A stretch of DNA of 64,000 nucleotides from a bacterium. GTDB taxonomy: Bacteria; SAR324; NAC60-12. The DNA lies in assembly GCA_965209155.1 (NCBI GenBank), contig OZ242383.1, positions 3,072,001-3,136,000 on the forward strand, written 5' to 3'. How positions within the stretch are numbered: position 1 is the first letter of the stretch; each line of letters opens with the position of its first letter. Shown piece by piece: positions 1 through 10,173 of this stretch. Under the pieces are notes generated by a model. It made no database searches and was not told where the DNA came from. It saw nothing but the letters and a program-made list of their open reading frames with translations. A program made the position numbers and the translations under genes.

Positions 1-2
1 AC

Positions 3-170
3 CGTGACGAGGACTCGGAGGACGGCATAATTCGGCCACTGGCGGAAATTCCCAATGCCAGGGAATTACGAAAGACCCAGGGGTTGGGTCGGCTTCTAAG
101 CGGAGGTTGGATGGAGACCGCGCTTGCGTTCACCGAGGGAAACGACGATGAGGAGGAGAATGAAGAATGA
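3..170 (+). CDS. C-terminal end of a gene entering from outside the window; probably an ABC-type (AAA_21-like) ATPase
   Basis: Frame 3 is open from the window edge: RDEDSEDGIIRPLAEIPNARELRKTQGLGRLLSGGWMETALAFTEGNDDEEENEE*. The LG-x-L-xx-GW tail resembles such ATPases. TGA (168-170) overlaps the next ATG (167-169). Confidence 0.5.
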   Translation, partial: RDEDSEDGIIRPLAEIPNARELRKTQGLGRLLSGGWMETALAFTEGNDDEEENEE

Positions 171-730
171 AAGTTCTCATCATTCCGGAAGATTTCCGCA
201 ACGATCAATACATTCTGAAGCCATTATTCTTACGACTCTTTCATGCCATCGGCAAACCACGTACGAAAGTCGAGGTTTGTCGCGATCCATTGCTTGGCGG
301 CGTCGATGAAGCAATGAAAATTCAGCGCATTGAAGAGATTCTGATGCAACATGGTGGGATGACTGATATTTTTATTCTGTGCATCGACCGGGACGGTGAT
401 AAAAACCGGCGTCAGAAACTTGATCGACTCGAATCGAAATTAGGCAACTCCCATTCATTCCTTGCCGAGAATGCCTGGGAAGAATTGGAGACCTGGGTTC
501 TGGCGGGTCTGGATTTGCCAAACGAATGGCGGTGGTCCGACGTTCGTAAGGAAGTCCAGGTCAAGGAAGTGTACTTCGAGCGACTAGTCATCAAACGAGG
601 TTTGTCGGACGAACCTGGCGGTGGTCGAAAAGTACTGGGAGAAGAGGCATCGCGCCGGATTGGCGCGATCCGGCAGAAGTGTCCCGAGGATTTCGACGCC
701 CTTGCCCGGCGTCTCGAATCCGCTATCTAA
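167..730 (+). CDS. TOPRIM-like protein (DUF4276/RloB-like), putative nuclease partner of the upstream ATPase
   Basis: N-terminal VLIIPED, central ILCIDRDGD (DxD) and EELETWVLA motifs; translationally coupled to the upstream gene. Confidence 0.6.
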   Translation: MKVLIIPEDFRNDQYILKPLFLRLFHAIGKPRTKVEVCRDPLLGGVDEAMKIQRIEEILMQHGGMTDIFILCIDRDGDKNRRQKLDRLESKLGNSHSFLAENAWEELETWVLAGLDLPNEWRWSDVRKEVQVKEVYFERLVIKRGLSDEPGGGRKVLGEEASRRIGAIRQKCPEDFDALARRLESAI

Positions 731-750
731 ACTCACTGAACGAGGACAAC

Positions 751-3700
751 ATGACAATGAAAGCTTCCTGGAAACCCTGGCACGAGGTCGTGCAACTGCG
801 TGATGACCTGAAGACCGGTGAACTGGCGTTGGCCGTCTTTGCCGCAGACCTCTACGACGTGGTGATGCAAAAGGGTCAACGGCCGGTCTACGAGCGGCCC
901 GCCGAGTTCTTTGCCCTGACCTACGCCACATTCAACCTGCGCGAACTGGTCAGGGAGGTCGTTCTGCGCCTGGCCGGCCGGAGTGACAAGGCTTATCGTA
1001 AACTCTCCGTCAATTATGGCGGTGGCAAAACCCACACGCTCATCGCGCTCAGGCATCTCGTAAACGACCCGGACACTTTGCCCGACTTGCCAGCCGTCAA
1101 AGAATTCGAATCACACGCCGGGTTCAAAATTCCCAAGGCACGTGTCTCGGCACTGTGCTTCGACAAGATCGACCTGGAAAAGGGAGTCGAGACGCCAGGT
1201 CCCGGTGGAAGGGCGCGGATGCTCCGGCACCCGTGGAGCGTGCTCGCCTTTCAATTGGCGGGGGCGGAGGGTCTCGCCCTCATCCATGGAGAGGGGAAGG
1301 AGGAGCGTGATACGCCACCGGCGGAACCCCTCCTGGTGGACCTGCTGTCCAAACCCCAGCAAGAGGGTCTGGCGACGCTGGTACTTCTCGACGAGGTGTT
1401 GATGTACATCCGCACCCGCGTGGAAAGCGACCCGAGTTGGCGTGGACGCATGATGAGCTTTTTCCAGTACCTCACGCAAGCCGTGGTCAAGGTGGACCGC
1501 TGCGCCATGGTGGCCTCCCTGCTTGCCTCCGATCCCGGGAAGCACGATGATTTCGGAAAGGAACTCCTGCGAGACCTGTCCGAGGTCTTCGGCAGGCAGA
1601 TGGAAGAAGACGCGAGTCCCGTGAGCAAGGAGGACGTGGCGGAAGTGCTCCGCCGTCGCTTCTTCAAACCCGAATCGATTCGCGATTCCAACGAGTTCCG
1701 TCCACATGTGAATTCGGTGGTGAGCCATATCGCCATGCTCGACGAAGGGACCAAAAAAGAGCGCAAGATTGCGGAAATACGATATTTGAACAGCTATCCC
1801 TTTCACCCCGATCTCAGTGAGATCTTCTACACGCGCTGGACTCAACTCGAGGGATTCCAGCGGACGCGGGGTATCCTGCGAACCTTTGCCATTGCTTTGC
1901 GTGATGCGGAAAAATGGGACACGAGTCCACTGGTCGGGGCCAACGTGCTGTTGAACGAAGCGGGACGGAACGACCTGGCGGAAGCCGCACGAGAACTGGC
2001 CGTCTCTGCCAGCGTAGACGGTGCCGATGGCCGGCACCATGAATGGGCCCCCATCCTGGAAGGTGAACTGGCCAAGGCGCGCGCCATCCAAAGTGAGGTG
2101 ACCGGTTTGCGCCACAGAGAGATGGAGCAGGCGGTTGTTTCGGTTTTTCTCAATTCACAACCAATTGGTCACAAGGCATCGACGGCGGAGTTGATCATCT
2201 TGCTCGGGGCGACGCGGCCCGACAAGATCGAGTTGGCAAAGGCCCTGCTTCGCTGGACGGAAACGTCCTGGTTCCTGGACGAGGTAGAAGTTGCCACGGG
2301 AGAACGGATAGATGGCGCCAGGCAATTGCCCAAATCATGGCGGCTTGGCAATCGCCCCAACCTGCGCCAGATGCATCACGACGCATGCAACACCCGCGTA
2401 CCAACGGCTCTCGTGGAATCGCAGATCGTCAACCAAATCGAAAAACTGAAATCACTCACCTCCGGGGCATCCGCTGCGGGGGCCAGCGTGCACAACCTGC
2501 CGCAAAGGCCGCGCGATATTGCGGATGACGGGGAGTTTCACTACGCCCTTCTTGGCCCGCAAGCGGTTTCGGAATCCGGTAAGCCCAACAAGGAAGCTAA
2601 GCGGTTTATCGACGAGACGACCGCTTCCGATCGCCCCCGCGTTCATCGCAACGCGGTCGTCCTCGCCGTTCCTTCCAGGGATGGCCTCGATGCGGCGCGC
2701 GTACGAATGCGAGAATATCTCGGTTGGCTGGAAGTTCGCGATCAACTCAAGGACCAGCCCATCGACGCGATCCGTGAGCAGGTGCTGACCCAGGAGACGG
2801 AGTCGGCAAGAAAACTGATTCCGCAAGTCATCAGGCAAGCTTACTCCGTGGTGGTCAGTGTCAATGAAGACAACGTCATCCAGGCTTTCAAGGTATCGGT
2901 GAACGACGAGCCCTTGTTCACCACCATCAAGGCCGACAGGCGGGCACGGATCCAGGAAACCGCCATCAGCGCGGAAGCGATGCTCCCCGGCGGACCCTAC
3001 GACTTGTGGCGGGAAGGGGAACCCTCCCACCGGGTCAAGGACCTGGTGGGCGCTTTTGCGCAGTTCCCGAAGCTGCCCAAGATGCTGCGAAGGAAGGAAA
3101 TTCTGGATACCGTGGTGCAGGGCGTGCGATCCGGCATCTGGGTGGCGCAGGTGACGCGTCCGGATCACACGCTGAAGACCTTCTGGCGCTCTGATATCGA
3201 TGAGTCGACGCTCAAGGAAGCGGGTCTGGAAGTGCTGCTTCCCGCTGCTGCGACACTGGACGGACTCGAGCCCGGTTTGCTTGCATTCCAGAAACTCCCG
3301 GGACTGTGGCAAGCGGAAGAAACCAGTGTCCGGGACGTGTACGACTATTTCTCCGGTGGACGCACCGTGCGCATGCCGAGGGAGGGTTACGAAGAGACGC
3401 TTGTCATTCCGAAGTGTGAACCAGCCAATGTCGAGTTCGCCATTTCGCAAGCCATCGAAAAAGGATTGCTGTGGTTGACCAGCGGGCCCGCTTCCTTTCT
3501 CGGCGAACCCGTACCGGATGGAGTGCTCGGCGCTTCGGCTACGCTGAGGCCGCCGCCCGAAGCAATCGCCATTGACGAATTGATGGATGATTCGATTCCC
3601 GACGCTTGGAAAGACGGCAGGACCAATGCCATGGCCATGGCCACTGCGCTGTCGAACAAACGAGGCAGCAACCTGCCTTGGTCTACCGTACGATCAGCCA

Positions 3701-4065
3701 TAGAAAACGGCATCCGGGCGCGATGGATCGAACATTGCGACGTCGATGGCGATTGGCCATGCGATCTCTCGGGTGCTCGTTACGCAATCTTTCAGGTGCC
3801 GGTGAGCAAGGAATTTCACGAAGTTTCGGGAATGCTGAATACGCCAAAACCACAGGGATTGCTCACTGCCGAGGCGACGCTGGAAATTCATGAGATCCAG
3901 GACCTGTATGACCAGATTCCCGAAATCAAAAAGGCGGCCATCGGCAACGATCTCAAGTTCAACGTCCGCATCGAACTCGGGGGAGAAACTGCTCCGGACC
4001 CACAGACGGTGCAAACGATCAACACGCTTCTCTCGGAAGTGTCCGACCATTTGAAGCTCACTTGA
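751..4065 (+). CDS. DUF499-family large AAA+ ATPase (BREX-related / restriction-like defence systems)
   Basis: KPWHEVVQLRDD...FAADL N-terminus, Walker A NYGGGKTH, Walker B LVLLDE, SYPFHP and FQRTRGILR motifs. GAGGA RBS before ATG 751; the ORF-track start at 679 overlaps the previous gene. Confidence 0.85.
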   Translation: MTMKASWKPWHEVVQLRDDLKTGELALAVFAADLYDVVMQKGQRPVYERPAEFFALTYATFNLRELVREVVLRLAGRSDKAYRKLSVNYGGGKTHTLIALRHLVNDPDTLPDLPAVKEFESHAGFKIPKARVSALCFDKIDLEKGVETPGPGGRARMLRHPWSVLAFQLAGAEGLALIHGEGKEERDTPPAEPLLVDLLSKPQQEGLATLVLLDEVLMYIRTRVESDPSWRGRMMSFFQYLTQAVVKVDRCAMVASLLASDPGKHDDFGKELLRDLSEVFGRQMEEDASPVSKEDVAEVLRRRFFKPESIRDSNEFRPHVNSVVSHIAMLDEGTKKERKIAEIRYLNSYPFHPDLSEIFYTRWTQLEGFQRTRGILRTFAIALRDAEKWDTSPLVGANVLLNEAGRNDLAEAARELAVSASVDGADGRHHEWAPILEGELAKARAIQSEVTGLRHREMEQAVVSVFLNSQPIGHKASTAELIILLGATRPDKIELAKALLRWTETSWFLDEVEVATGERIDGARQLPKSWRLGNRPNLRQMHHDACNTRVPTALVESQIVNQIEKLKSLTSGASAAGASVHNLPQRPRDIADDGEFHYALLGPQAVSESGKPNKEAKRFIDETTASDRPRVHRNAVVLAVPSRDGLDAARVRMREYLGWLEVRDQLKDQPIDAIREQVLTQETESARKLIPQVIRQAYSVVVSVNEDNVIQAFKVSVNDEPLFTTIKADRRARIQETAISAEAMLPGGPYDLWREGEPSHRVKDLVGAFAQFPKLPKMLRRKEILDTVVQGVRSGIWVAQVTRPDHTLKTFWRSDIDESTLKEAGLEVLLPAAATLDGLEPGLLAFQKLPGLWQAEETSVRDVYDYFSGGRTVRMPREGYEETLVIPKCEPANVEFAISQAIEKGLLWLTSGPASFLGEPVPDGVLGASATLRPPPEAIAIDELMDDSIPDAWKDGRTNAMAMATALSNKRGSNLPWSTVRSAIENGIRARWIEHCDVDGDWPCDLSGARYAIFQVPVSKEFHEVSGMLNTPKPQGLLTAEATLEIHEIQDLYDQIPEIKKAAIGNDLKFNVRIELGGETAPDPQTVQTINTLLSEVSDHLKLT

Positions 4066-4179
4066 AATGGCTTCCAACGTGGACGCCTTTACGATGGAAA
4101 AGGCAAGAAACGAGTGTAAGGAACTTATCCATATTCCCATCAATGGATCTACCTCTCACTCGACGGCTAAGAAACTGAG

Positions 4180-4437
4180 TTATTCTGGACTTTCATTTTG
4201 AGATTGCCGTTCCAGCATCTTGAATTTGAATTCCATTTCCTGTTCCTGCAATTTCAATTCACGGTCTACTTTCCGCTCATTGAGAAGCAATTCTCGCTCC
4301 TGTAGCTCCAATGATTTTTGCTTTAATTTATCACGATTCGCCAATAGCTTCATATATTGTTTCAATAAAAGCCAACCAAAAAAAATTCCACTGACCCCCG
4401 TGGGGATTCCCAGAGTGACAATTGCCCAATCGTCCAT
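4180..4437 (-). CDS. Small hypothetical membrane protein (one TM helix plus coiled coil)
   Basis: 85 aa; hydrophobic N-terminus followed by an E/K/Q/L-rich heptad segment. Confidence 0.5.
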   Translation of the reverse strand: MDDWAIVTLGIPTGVSGIFFGWLLLKQYMKLLANRDKLKQKSLELQERELLLNERKVDRELKLQEQEMEFKFKMLERQSQNESPE

Positions 4438-4527
4438 TAAATTTCCGGATTACTTGATTTTAAATATTTGTTACCGATTGCAAAGCACATTCCAACGAGC
4501 TTTCAACGATTTTCTTTAAGCCGGCTA

Positions 4528-4584
4528 TGACATTCCTGTGGGACGCTTCGAATCACTGGACCCCGGATCAAGGCCGGGATGACG
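4528..4584. repeat. Degenerate REP-like palindromic element
   Basis: TGACATTCC...CTGGACCCCGGATCAAGGCCGGGATGAC; same family as 34577-34667. Confidence 0.55.
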
Positions 4585-5105
4585 CAGTGAGGTTCCTGCT
4601 TTCAGGCTGAGTATTTTGCGATGGTAAATGAACAGTCACAATTTTGAACAGATTAAAACCTGGAATGTATATTGCGGTTTGCCAGTGTCATCAAACGAAT
4701 TGGATAAAACCAGTTCATTCATTCCAGTCGCACCTCCAAAGAAAATCAAAATCCACTGAATGATTCAAGGCGAAATTTAATATGTATGCGTCTTTAACTT
4801 GTCAAACTAATGGAAGGTGTTAAGATTACTCAATTGATGACTTTATGATGACAAAAAAGTTTGACCCGATTGCAGTGTTGTCTGAGGACTTAAAGTACAT
4901 AGACAAACAACAGACCTTCCCCGAATCTGAGAAACACGATGTCACACCTAAGCGTCAATTCGAATCAATACACATTAGTGCTCAACTCCCGCGGACAGGA
5001 CTTTCCTTATGTTGGAAACGTCTCTCAACCTGAAAGCTCCAACCCAAGGCGTTTGGATCCGGTTTCAGCGCGAGTCGAATTGGTCCCGGATAATGGAGAG
5101 GAAAG

Positions 5106-6365
5106 ATGATCACGCTGATTGAAGCTCTGAATTATCGATGTTTGCAGTATGTTTCGAGACCCCTTGGATCCTTTCATGTCCTGGTGGGACCAAACGCATC
5201 GGGTAAGACTACCTTCCTGGATGTAGTGGGCTTGCTACAGGATGTAATTTCCGAGGGGATGGACTCGGCATTGTCGAATCGAACCACGAATCCGGAAGAA
5301 CTCCTCTTCCGCCGTGAGGGTCCACTACTGGAATTGGCCATCGAAGCTCACATTCCCGACAGGTTGAGTAAACTGACGGCGAAACCGGAGCTGAACACGG
5401 CCCGATACGAAGTGGCTATTGGTTTCGACGAAACACAGCGTCAGTTCGAATTCAAAGCCGAGAAATTTTTACTGAAAACGTCAAATGAAATTCATTCTAT
5501 TCAACGTACGTTGTTCCCAACGTCTCCCAGTGCGCCAAATACGCTGTTGACTTCCAAACGCAGGCGCGACAACAAGATCGTAGTCAATAAAGTACCGGGA
5601 GGGAATGATAACTTTTACAGCGAGACTTACGGAGAGTCGGGAAAGGGCTGGGCACCCTCGTTCAAACTAGGTCCTCAAAAGTCGGCCCTCGGCAATCTTC
5701 CCGCAGATGAAAAGTCTTTTCCCGTGGCCATGTGGTTTCGAGAATACCTGAATACGGGTGTACAGCGATTCATTCTCAACAGTCTCGAGATCAAACGCCC
5801 CTGTCCACCAACCAGGGTCAAAGGGTTTTCGCTGGACGGATCGAATCTGCCCTGGGTCGTCGCCCGTCTGCGGCAAGATAATCCAGGGAGGTTCAAAGAC
5901 TGGATTGCTCACTTGAAAACGGCTTTTGCCGATCTTTTGGATATCACGAGCAACGAACGTCCGGAGGACAAACATTGCTACCTGGTTTATGAATATGAAG
6001 GGGGGCTGAAAGTCCCTTCCTGGCTGGTGTCCGATGGCATGCTTCGCCTGACGGCATTGACCTTGCCGGCTTATCTCGACGACTTGGAGGGTATCTACCT
6101 GATCGAGGAGCCGGAAAACGGAATCCATCCACGCGCCATGGCCACTGCGTATGACTCTCTTTCTTCAGTGCATGGGGCCCAGGTGCTGCTGGTGACTCAT
6201 TCACCTATGGTATTGAGCACGGCCCGGATGAATGACGTGTTGTGCTTTGCCAAAGACGGCAACGGGTCGACGGATATCGTGCTGGGTTCAGAGCATCCCA
6301 AATTGCAGAATTGGCATGGGGAAGTCAATCTTGGTATTCTACTCGCGTCCGGAGTTTTGGGATGA
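5106..6365 (+). CDS. ABC-type (AAA_21/AAA_15) ATPase, resembling the MADS Mad3 / AriA class
   Basis: Walker A GPNASGKT, signature VSDGMLR, Walker B/D-loop LIEEPENGIHP, H-loop VTHSP. Confidence 0.8.
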   Translation: MITLIEALNYRCLQYVSRPLGSFHVLVGPNASGKTTFLDVVGLLQDVISEGMDSALSNRTTNPEELLFRREGPLLELAIEAHIPDRLSKLTAKPELNTARYEVAIGFDETQRQFEFKAEKFLLKTSNEIHSIQRTLFPTSPSAPNTLLTSKRRRDNKIVVNKVPGGNDNFYSETYGESGKGWAPSFKLGPQKSALGNLPADEKSFPVAMWFREYLNTGVQRFILNSLEIKRPCPPTRVKGFSLDGSNLPWVVARLRQDNPGRFKDWIAHLKTAFADLLDITSNERPEDKHCYLVYEYEGGLKVPSWLVSDGMLRLTALTLPAYLDDLEGIYLIEEPENGIHPRAMATAYDSLSSVHGAQVLLVTHSPMVLSTARMNDVLCFAKDGNGSTDIVLGSEHPKLQNWHGEVNLGILLASGVLG

Positions 6366-6442
6366 TTAATCTCCTCATTCCAGCCGCCGGCAAAGATCGG
6401 GAATTCGCGTTGAAGGGAGTGTTTGCAAGGCCGGAAGCATGA
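6362..6442 (+). pseudogene. 26-codon N-terminal stub of the ATPase partner (Mad4-like / TOPRIM-like)
   Basis: ATGA-coupled to the ATPase stop. MINLLIPAAGKDREFALKGVFARPEA* resembles the DLxxLxADKxxEFALxGxLxRPE start that I recall for partners of this ATPase class. Confidence 0.5.
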
Positions 6443-6561
6443 AACATCCGTCCGGTCGAAGCACAGGTCTGGGTTCATCCCGAACGCGGTCCTGCATACG
6501 CGTACGTGGTACGGAGTTCCTTTCCGGCTTGGCGAAAGAGTTAAACTAATGAAAAATTACA

Positions 6562-7320
6562 ATGACCCAACTCAGCGTGAACTTGAACAAATTCGCCTTG
6601 CTGCGTAATTCTCGCGGGCGAGATTATCCCAATGTCGTTGAAATGGGCACCCGTTGTTTGCGAGCCGGGGCCCATGGCATCACGATACATCCCCGTCCTG
6701 ACCAGCGGCATGCCAAATATTCCGACGTCGGGGACCTGAGCGCGTTGATTGGGCAGTACCCGGGTCGGGAATTGAATATCGAAGGCAACCCGATACCGGA
6801 ATTTCTCGAATGCGTCCAACTGGCTAAACCGCATCAATGCACACTGGTTCCCGATGATGCGGACCAGCTGACCTCGGACCATGGATGGGATTTAAAAAAA
6901 GACGGCGAACGGTTGATTCCCATTATTCAAGAACTGCAGGATGCCGGAATCCGGGTCAGCTTGTTCATGGACCCGCTTGCGGATCAAATTGGATTGGCCC
7001 CACAAACAGGTTGCGATCGCATCGAACTGTATACTGAAGCTTTTGCGCAAGCTTATGGATCCGAGAAAGTGGAAACCGTGATTGCAGAATACCGGGAAGC
7101 GGCTTTCAAAGCGCGGAAAGTGGGACTGGGAGTCAATGCCGGACATGATTTGAACCTGCAAAATCTTGCCTTCTTTTTGCAGATTCCCCAAATCCTGGAA
7201 GTCTCCATCGGTCATGCCCTGGTGGTGGAATCTCTTGACCAGGGTTTGGAAGGAACGATCGCCCGTTACTTGAACATTATCCGGGATTCCGCGAAACGCG
7301 CACCCTCTGCCCGGTCATGA
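6562..7320 (+). CDS. pdxJ: Pyridoxine 5'-phosphate synthase
   Basis: LSVNLNKFALLRNSR, GITIHPRPDQRH, LNIEG, GVNAGHDLN, EVSIGHAL. Confidence 0.95.
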   Translation: MTQLSVNLNKFALLRNSRGRDYPNVVEMGTRCLRAGAHGITIHPRPDQRHAKYSDVGDLSALIGQYPGRELNIEGNPIPEFLECVQLAKPHQCTLVPDDADQLTSDHGWDLKKDGERLIPIIQELQDAGIRVSLFMDPLADQIGLAPQTGCDRIELYTEAFAQAYGSEKVETVIAEYREAAFKARKVGLGVNAGHDLNLQNLAFFLQIPQILEVSIGHALVVESLDQGLEGTIARYLNIIRDSAKRAPSARS

Positions 7321-7337
7321 TTGCTTATTCAGGGCCG

Positions 7338-8039
7338 TTACCACTTCTCACCAAAGGGACGTAAATCCAACTCGAATGTCCAGGCCGAACGGGGTTGGCG
7401 GACCAGGGCGAAGACGCTTTGGGCAATATCATCCGGCTTCAAAAAGAATTCTTCCGGCTTGTCGGCTAGGTACTCCCGCGTGCGTGGCAAGTCGATCACC
7501 CCATCCACGACGACGTAAGAGACATGGATTCCCTTGGAACCCAGGTGACGGGCCATGGATTGGGCCAGACTACGCTGGGCAGCTTTGGCGGAAGCAAATG
7601 GGGCCGCATTGGCGCTTCCCCGCAGGGAAGCCGTGGCACCGATAACCACAATGTTGCCTCGACCCGCCTCAATCATGACAGGCAGGAGTTGCTTGCAGGC
7701 AGCAAAGCAGCCGCGGGCGTTGATTTGCCAACTCCTTTCGAATTCTTCCACTGTGGATTCTTCAACATTTTTGAACTGACCGGCTCCTGCATTGTAGATC
7801 AGAGTATCCACACCTCCAAATTGGCGGAGAATTTTTTGAAAAACGGATTCCACCTGGGACACATTGGTCACATCACAGGGATAGAAAGGAGCTCCATCGA
7901 GTTTCCGGGATAATTCTTCCAGGTAAGATTCATTGCGCGCCAAAACGACGACCTGATAACCTTCCTGATGAAATTTTCTGGCAAAGGAAGCGCCATTGCC
8001 GGGCCCCGCACCTGTTATCACGCATACTGGTTGTGTCAT
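7338..8039 (-). CDS. Short-chain dehydrogenase/reductase
   Basis: TGAGPGNG, YNAG, FASAK (F in place of the catalytic Y), ELDLRP C-terminus. Confidence 0.9.
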   Translation of the reverse strand: MTQPVCVITGAGPGNGASFARKFHQEGYQVVVLARNESYLEELSRKLDGAPFYPCDVTNVSQVESVFQKILRQFGGVDTLIYNAGAGQFKNVEESTVEEFERSWQINARGCFAACKQLLPVMIEAGRGNIVVIGATASLRGSANAAPFASAKAAQRSLAQSMARHLGSKGIHVSYVVVDGVIDLPRTREYLADKPEEFFLKPDDIAQSVFALVRQPRSAWTFELDLRPFGEKW

Positions 8040-8462
8040 GATCGTTCCTCCGTTATTTCTACGTTATTTCCAGTCTCCTTCATATGGGGAAACCGGATGG
8101 ATTCATAAAGCACTTTCAGGATACAGGAAAAATCGATGGAGGATAAGCGAAAATTATCCGTTGTTTGGGACAATTCCTGATAAATCAGGTCCCGTTCCTC
8201 CAACCTGTTTCAGAAAATTGGACAACCTGTAAATTTTTATCATCTTATCAAAGCGGCGTCATGCCGTCAGACGAGACAGCTTGATAGAAAATCCTTTTTT
8301 GGATTTGGCATTGCAATTTTTTCCCAAGTAAGCTAAACATTTTCTTTTATCCAAAGCAGTCCCTCAAGGTACGGTGGAGAGGTAGCAGGGAACCCTTTAC
8401 CGATTCCCGTAGAAATGTAGCAGAAACAGGAAACAATATTTTGTAGATAAAAGGAGGAATCA

Positions 8463-9263
8463 ATGGCCTTTACCACTGGAGATTTGAGAATTGAAGTTGA
8501 AAACAAGGTCGCCACATTGACGTTCAATCGTCCCAACAAACTGAATGCCCTGAGTGGAGACCTGATCAAGTCCGCTATCGAACATTTGCAAGAATTCACA
8601 ATGGATCCTCAAATCGGGGTGATTGTTCTCACAGGTGAGGGACGCGCATTTTGCGCAGGAGGAGACGTTTCCCAGATGTCAGACAGAGGAGGAAATCCCT
8701 TAACCTTGGAACAGGCAATCGACCGGCAAAACATAGGCCATCAATTGCCCTGGCTGTTGCACAACATTCCTAAAGTGACCATCGCCGCCGTCAATGGATT
8801 TGCCGTAGGCGCAGGTTTGGGAATTGCATTGAGTTGCGACTTGAGGCTGGCTTCCGACCAGGCAAAATTCGGAACCGCGTTTGCAAAAGTAGGTTTTGGC
8901 GGTGATTATGGAACCACCTGGCAATTGACGCGACTGGTGGGAGAAGCGAAGGCCAAGGAGCTTTTTTTCCTCGGCGATATCGTACCTGCCAAGGAAGCAA
9001 TGCGTATCGGCCTGGCGAATCGTGTGATTCCGCAAGACGAATTCAAAGAGACGGTTCAGCAATTCGCAAACCAAATCGCCCATGGTCCCCAAGTCAGTTT
9101 TCGTTACATGAAAGAGAACATCAATTTATCCGCCCATTCCGATTTTCGTACAATTCTCGACCGGGAAGCTTTGACTCACTTACGTTGCGGTCAAACGGAA
9201 GACCACAAGGAAGGGGTGACGGCATTCATGGAAAAAAGACAACCCCAATTTAAAGGACGCTGA
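8463..9263 (+). CDS. Enoyl-CoA hydratase/isomerase (PaaG-like)
   Basis: NRPNKLNAL, FCAGGD, AAVNGFAVGAG, EGVTAFMEKR; AGGAGG RBS. Confidence 0.9.
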   Translation: MAFTTGDLRIEVENKVATLTFNRPNKLNALSGDLIKSAIEHLQEFTMDPQIGVIVLTGEGRAFCAGGDVSQMSDRGGNPLTLEQAIDRQNIGHQLPWLLHNIPKVTIAAVNGFAVGAGLGIALSCDLRLASDQAKFGTAFAKVGFGGDYGTTWQLTRLVGEAKAKELFFLGDIVPAKEAMRIGLANRVIPQDEFKETVQQFANQIAHGPQVSFRYMKENINLSAHSDFRTILDREALTHLRCGQTEDHKEGVTAFMEKRQPQFKGR

Positions 9264-9276
9264 GTCTGGAGGACAC

Positions 9277-10104
9277 ATGATGGGTTATGAAATGAACGAT
9301 TTCCAAACAGATGTATTGGAGCAAAGTCAATCAATCCCGGTGCTGGTTGATTTCTGGGCTGAATGGTGCGCGCCTTGCAGGGTTCTCGGGCCTGTGTTGG
9401 AGAAACTGGCTGAAGTCCATCAGGATAAATGGCGCCTGGTTAAAATCGACACCGAACAGAATCCGGAAATCGCGGGGTATTTTGGAATCCGCAGCATTCC
9501 CAACGTCAAACTGTTTATCGACGGACAGGTAGCCGATGAGTTTTCAGGTGCGCTTCCGGAAGAAGCAATCTTAGAATGGCTTCAACGTGCTATTCCCACT
9601 CCACCTTCCGGTCAAATCGAGCAAGCAAAAATGCTCATTTCCGCTCAACGATACCAGGAAGCCCGTGGTCTTCTGCGGACCATCATTTCAAACGAACCGG
9701 AAAACGAGGAAGCCCGGGTATTGCAAGCGCAGATCGATATCTTTTCAGACAATCCCGAGGAACAGCAATATGCCTTGAAGCTTGTCCGGGACATTGGAGC
9801 AGAGTCGAAATTCGGTCCTCAATCCGATTCTGTAAAGTTGATTGGGAAAATAATTCAGCCAGATTACCAGAACCATTTACCGGAAGATCCGGTACGCGAC
9901 TTTTTTCTGGAGGGGATTCATCAACTGCGAAAAAGGAAATTCAGTGCGGCTTTGGAACAATTCATCGAAGTAATCCGGCTGGAACGTGGCTATGAAGATG
10001 AAGGAGCCCGAAAAATCTGTATTGCGATTTTTAAATATTTGGGAGAAGGGCATGAAATTTCCAAAAAATACCGTCCGATCTTCTCCAGCGCCTTCTATGT
10101 TTAA
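9277..10104 (+). CDS. Thioredoxin-TPR chaperedoxin (CnoX/YbbN-like)
   Basis: VDFWAEWCAPC thioredoxin domain followed by a TPR-like C-terminus. Confidence 0.85.
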   Translation: MMGYEMNDFQTDVLEQSQSIPVLVDFWAEWCAPCRVLGPVLEKLAEVHQDKWRLVKIDTEQNPEIAGYFGIRSIPNVKLFIDGQVADEFSGALPEEAILEWLQRAIPTPPSGQIEQAKMLISAQRYQEARGLLRTIISNEPENEEARVLQAQIDIFSDNPEEQQYALKLVRDIGAESKFGPQSDSVKLIGKIIQPDYQNHLPEDPVRDFFLEGIHQLRKRKFSAALEQFIEVIRLERGYEDEGARKICIAIFKYLGEGHEISKKYRPIFSSAFYV

Positions 10105-10173
10105 GAATTTACGTAACAGGCAGGTTTGAAGATTGGTCCTGTATTGCGGGGAGTTGGATATACGGAAAAATGC

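Noticed and set aside
679..750. ORF-track start for the DUF499 gene
   Set aside because: It overlaps the previous gene; there is a good RBS and a family-like N-terminus from ATG 751.
1111..3450. Long antisense ORFs (334 and 332 aa) and similar shadow ORFs over the activators
   Set aside because: They lie opposite well-supported GC-rich genes and show no recognisable motifs.
4845..5033. 62-aa ORF
   Set aside because: No motif and no clear RBS; cannot be supported.
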